A stretch of 64,000 nucleotides of DNA from Chiloscyllium plagiosum (taxonomy: Eukaryota), in NCBI RefSeq assembly GCF_004010195.1, contig NC_057740.1:37769267-37833266 (forward strand), in the 5' to 3' direction. Position numbers and translations under genes: made by a program. The notes under the pieces are model-generated. The model was not told the DNA's origin and did no database searches. It saw only the letters and a list, made by a program, of their open reading frames with translations. Every line of letters begins with the position of its first letter. Position 1 is the stretch's first letter. Shown one piece after another: positions 63,326-64,000 of this stretch.

Positions 63326-64000
63326 GCTAATATCCCAGTGGAGATTTAGCAACTTAAAGAAAAAGTGCAAGAGTAAGCCATTTTGGCCCATTGAAGACGA
63401 TCCTCTATCTCAACTCCATATCCCCACTCTTTGCTTTTCCATATCCTTTGATGTCCTTTGTGTTGGGAAATCTATCTGTTTAATTGAACCTGACTTGACC
63501 TTTATCGTCTTATGTGGTAGAAAATTCCACAGGCTCCCCACTCGGAGAAAAACCTCTCAGTCCCGCATGACCTACTCTAGATTCTATCATCGCCCTTTTG
63601 ATCTGTGTCACTGAACTGAACATTAGCTTTGCCCGCTAAACCTTCCATGGCACTTAAGACTGACATTTTAATCTGATGCTGACAATAATCTCTGAGTATA
63701 TTGGTTGAGTATATTGCCTTACATGGTTGAGTATATTGCCTTAAATTACCTTTGGATGTCTCAGTACTGAAGCAACAAATGAAAACCTAATTAACTCTTT
63801 TTTTTGAATATGCTTTCTCTCCATGGACGCTGCCTGACCTGTTGTGATCTCCAGCATTTTTGTTTTCAGATGGTGAACAGGCTTTGGGGAGATGAGGTGA
63901 GTTATTCACTGCATAACTCCCATCCCCTAACCTGCTCTTGTAGCCTCAGTATTTACATTTATATTAATTAGCAACTTTTCACATCATTTTTGCCTACATA

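Overview
Eukaryotic, repeat-dense, apparently intronic or intergenic DNA with two N-gaps (11257-11690 and 39494-40016). The repeat repertoire points to a cartilaginous fish, most likely a shark (inference): HE1-type V-SINEs with (TAATC)n tails, HER1/CR1 LINEs sharing their 3' end, SacSINE1-like DeuSINEs, MetaSINE-like SINEs, Rex1 and Penelope. I found no convincing host protein-coding exon; all recognisable ORFs are transposon remnants (CR1 RT/endonuclease, Rex1 RT, Penelope RT and GIY-YIG). The most interesting signal is a dispersed set of about 12 minimal hammerhead-ribozyme (HHR) motifs of the form CUGANGA-stem II-GAAA-palindromic stem III. They fall into at least three sequence families and sit in Penelope pseudo-LTRs and in short (about 90-240 bp) non-coding derivatives, several fold-back and with 13-15 bp target-site duplications (TSDs). 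One copy (49812-49849, minus strand) is structurally intact, and most others are broken by CpG transitions in the core. Also present: a three-level nested insertion (CR1 > Tigger-like MITE > Penelope), an in-frame CR1/GIY-YIG junction, a 0.7 kb local duplication with a solo LTR in one copy, a 64 bp templated insertion, and a 108 bp head-plus-tail mini-SINE. Family names come from recall of consensus motifs, not database searches, and boundaries of old elements are approximate.
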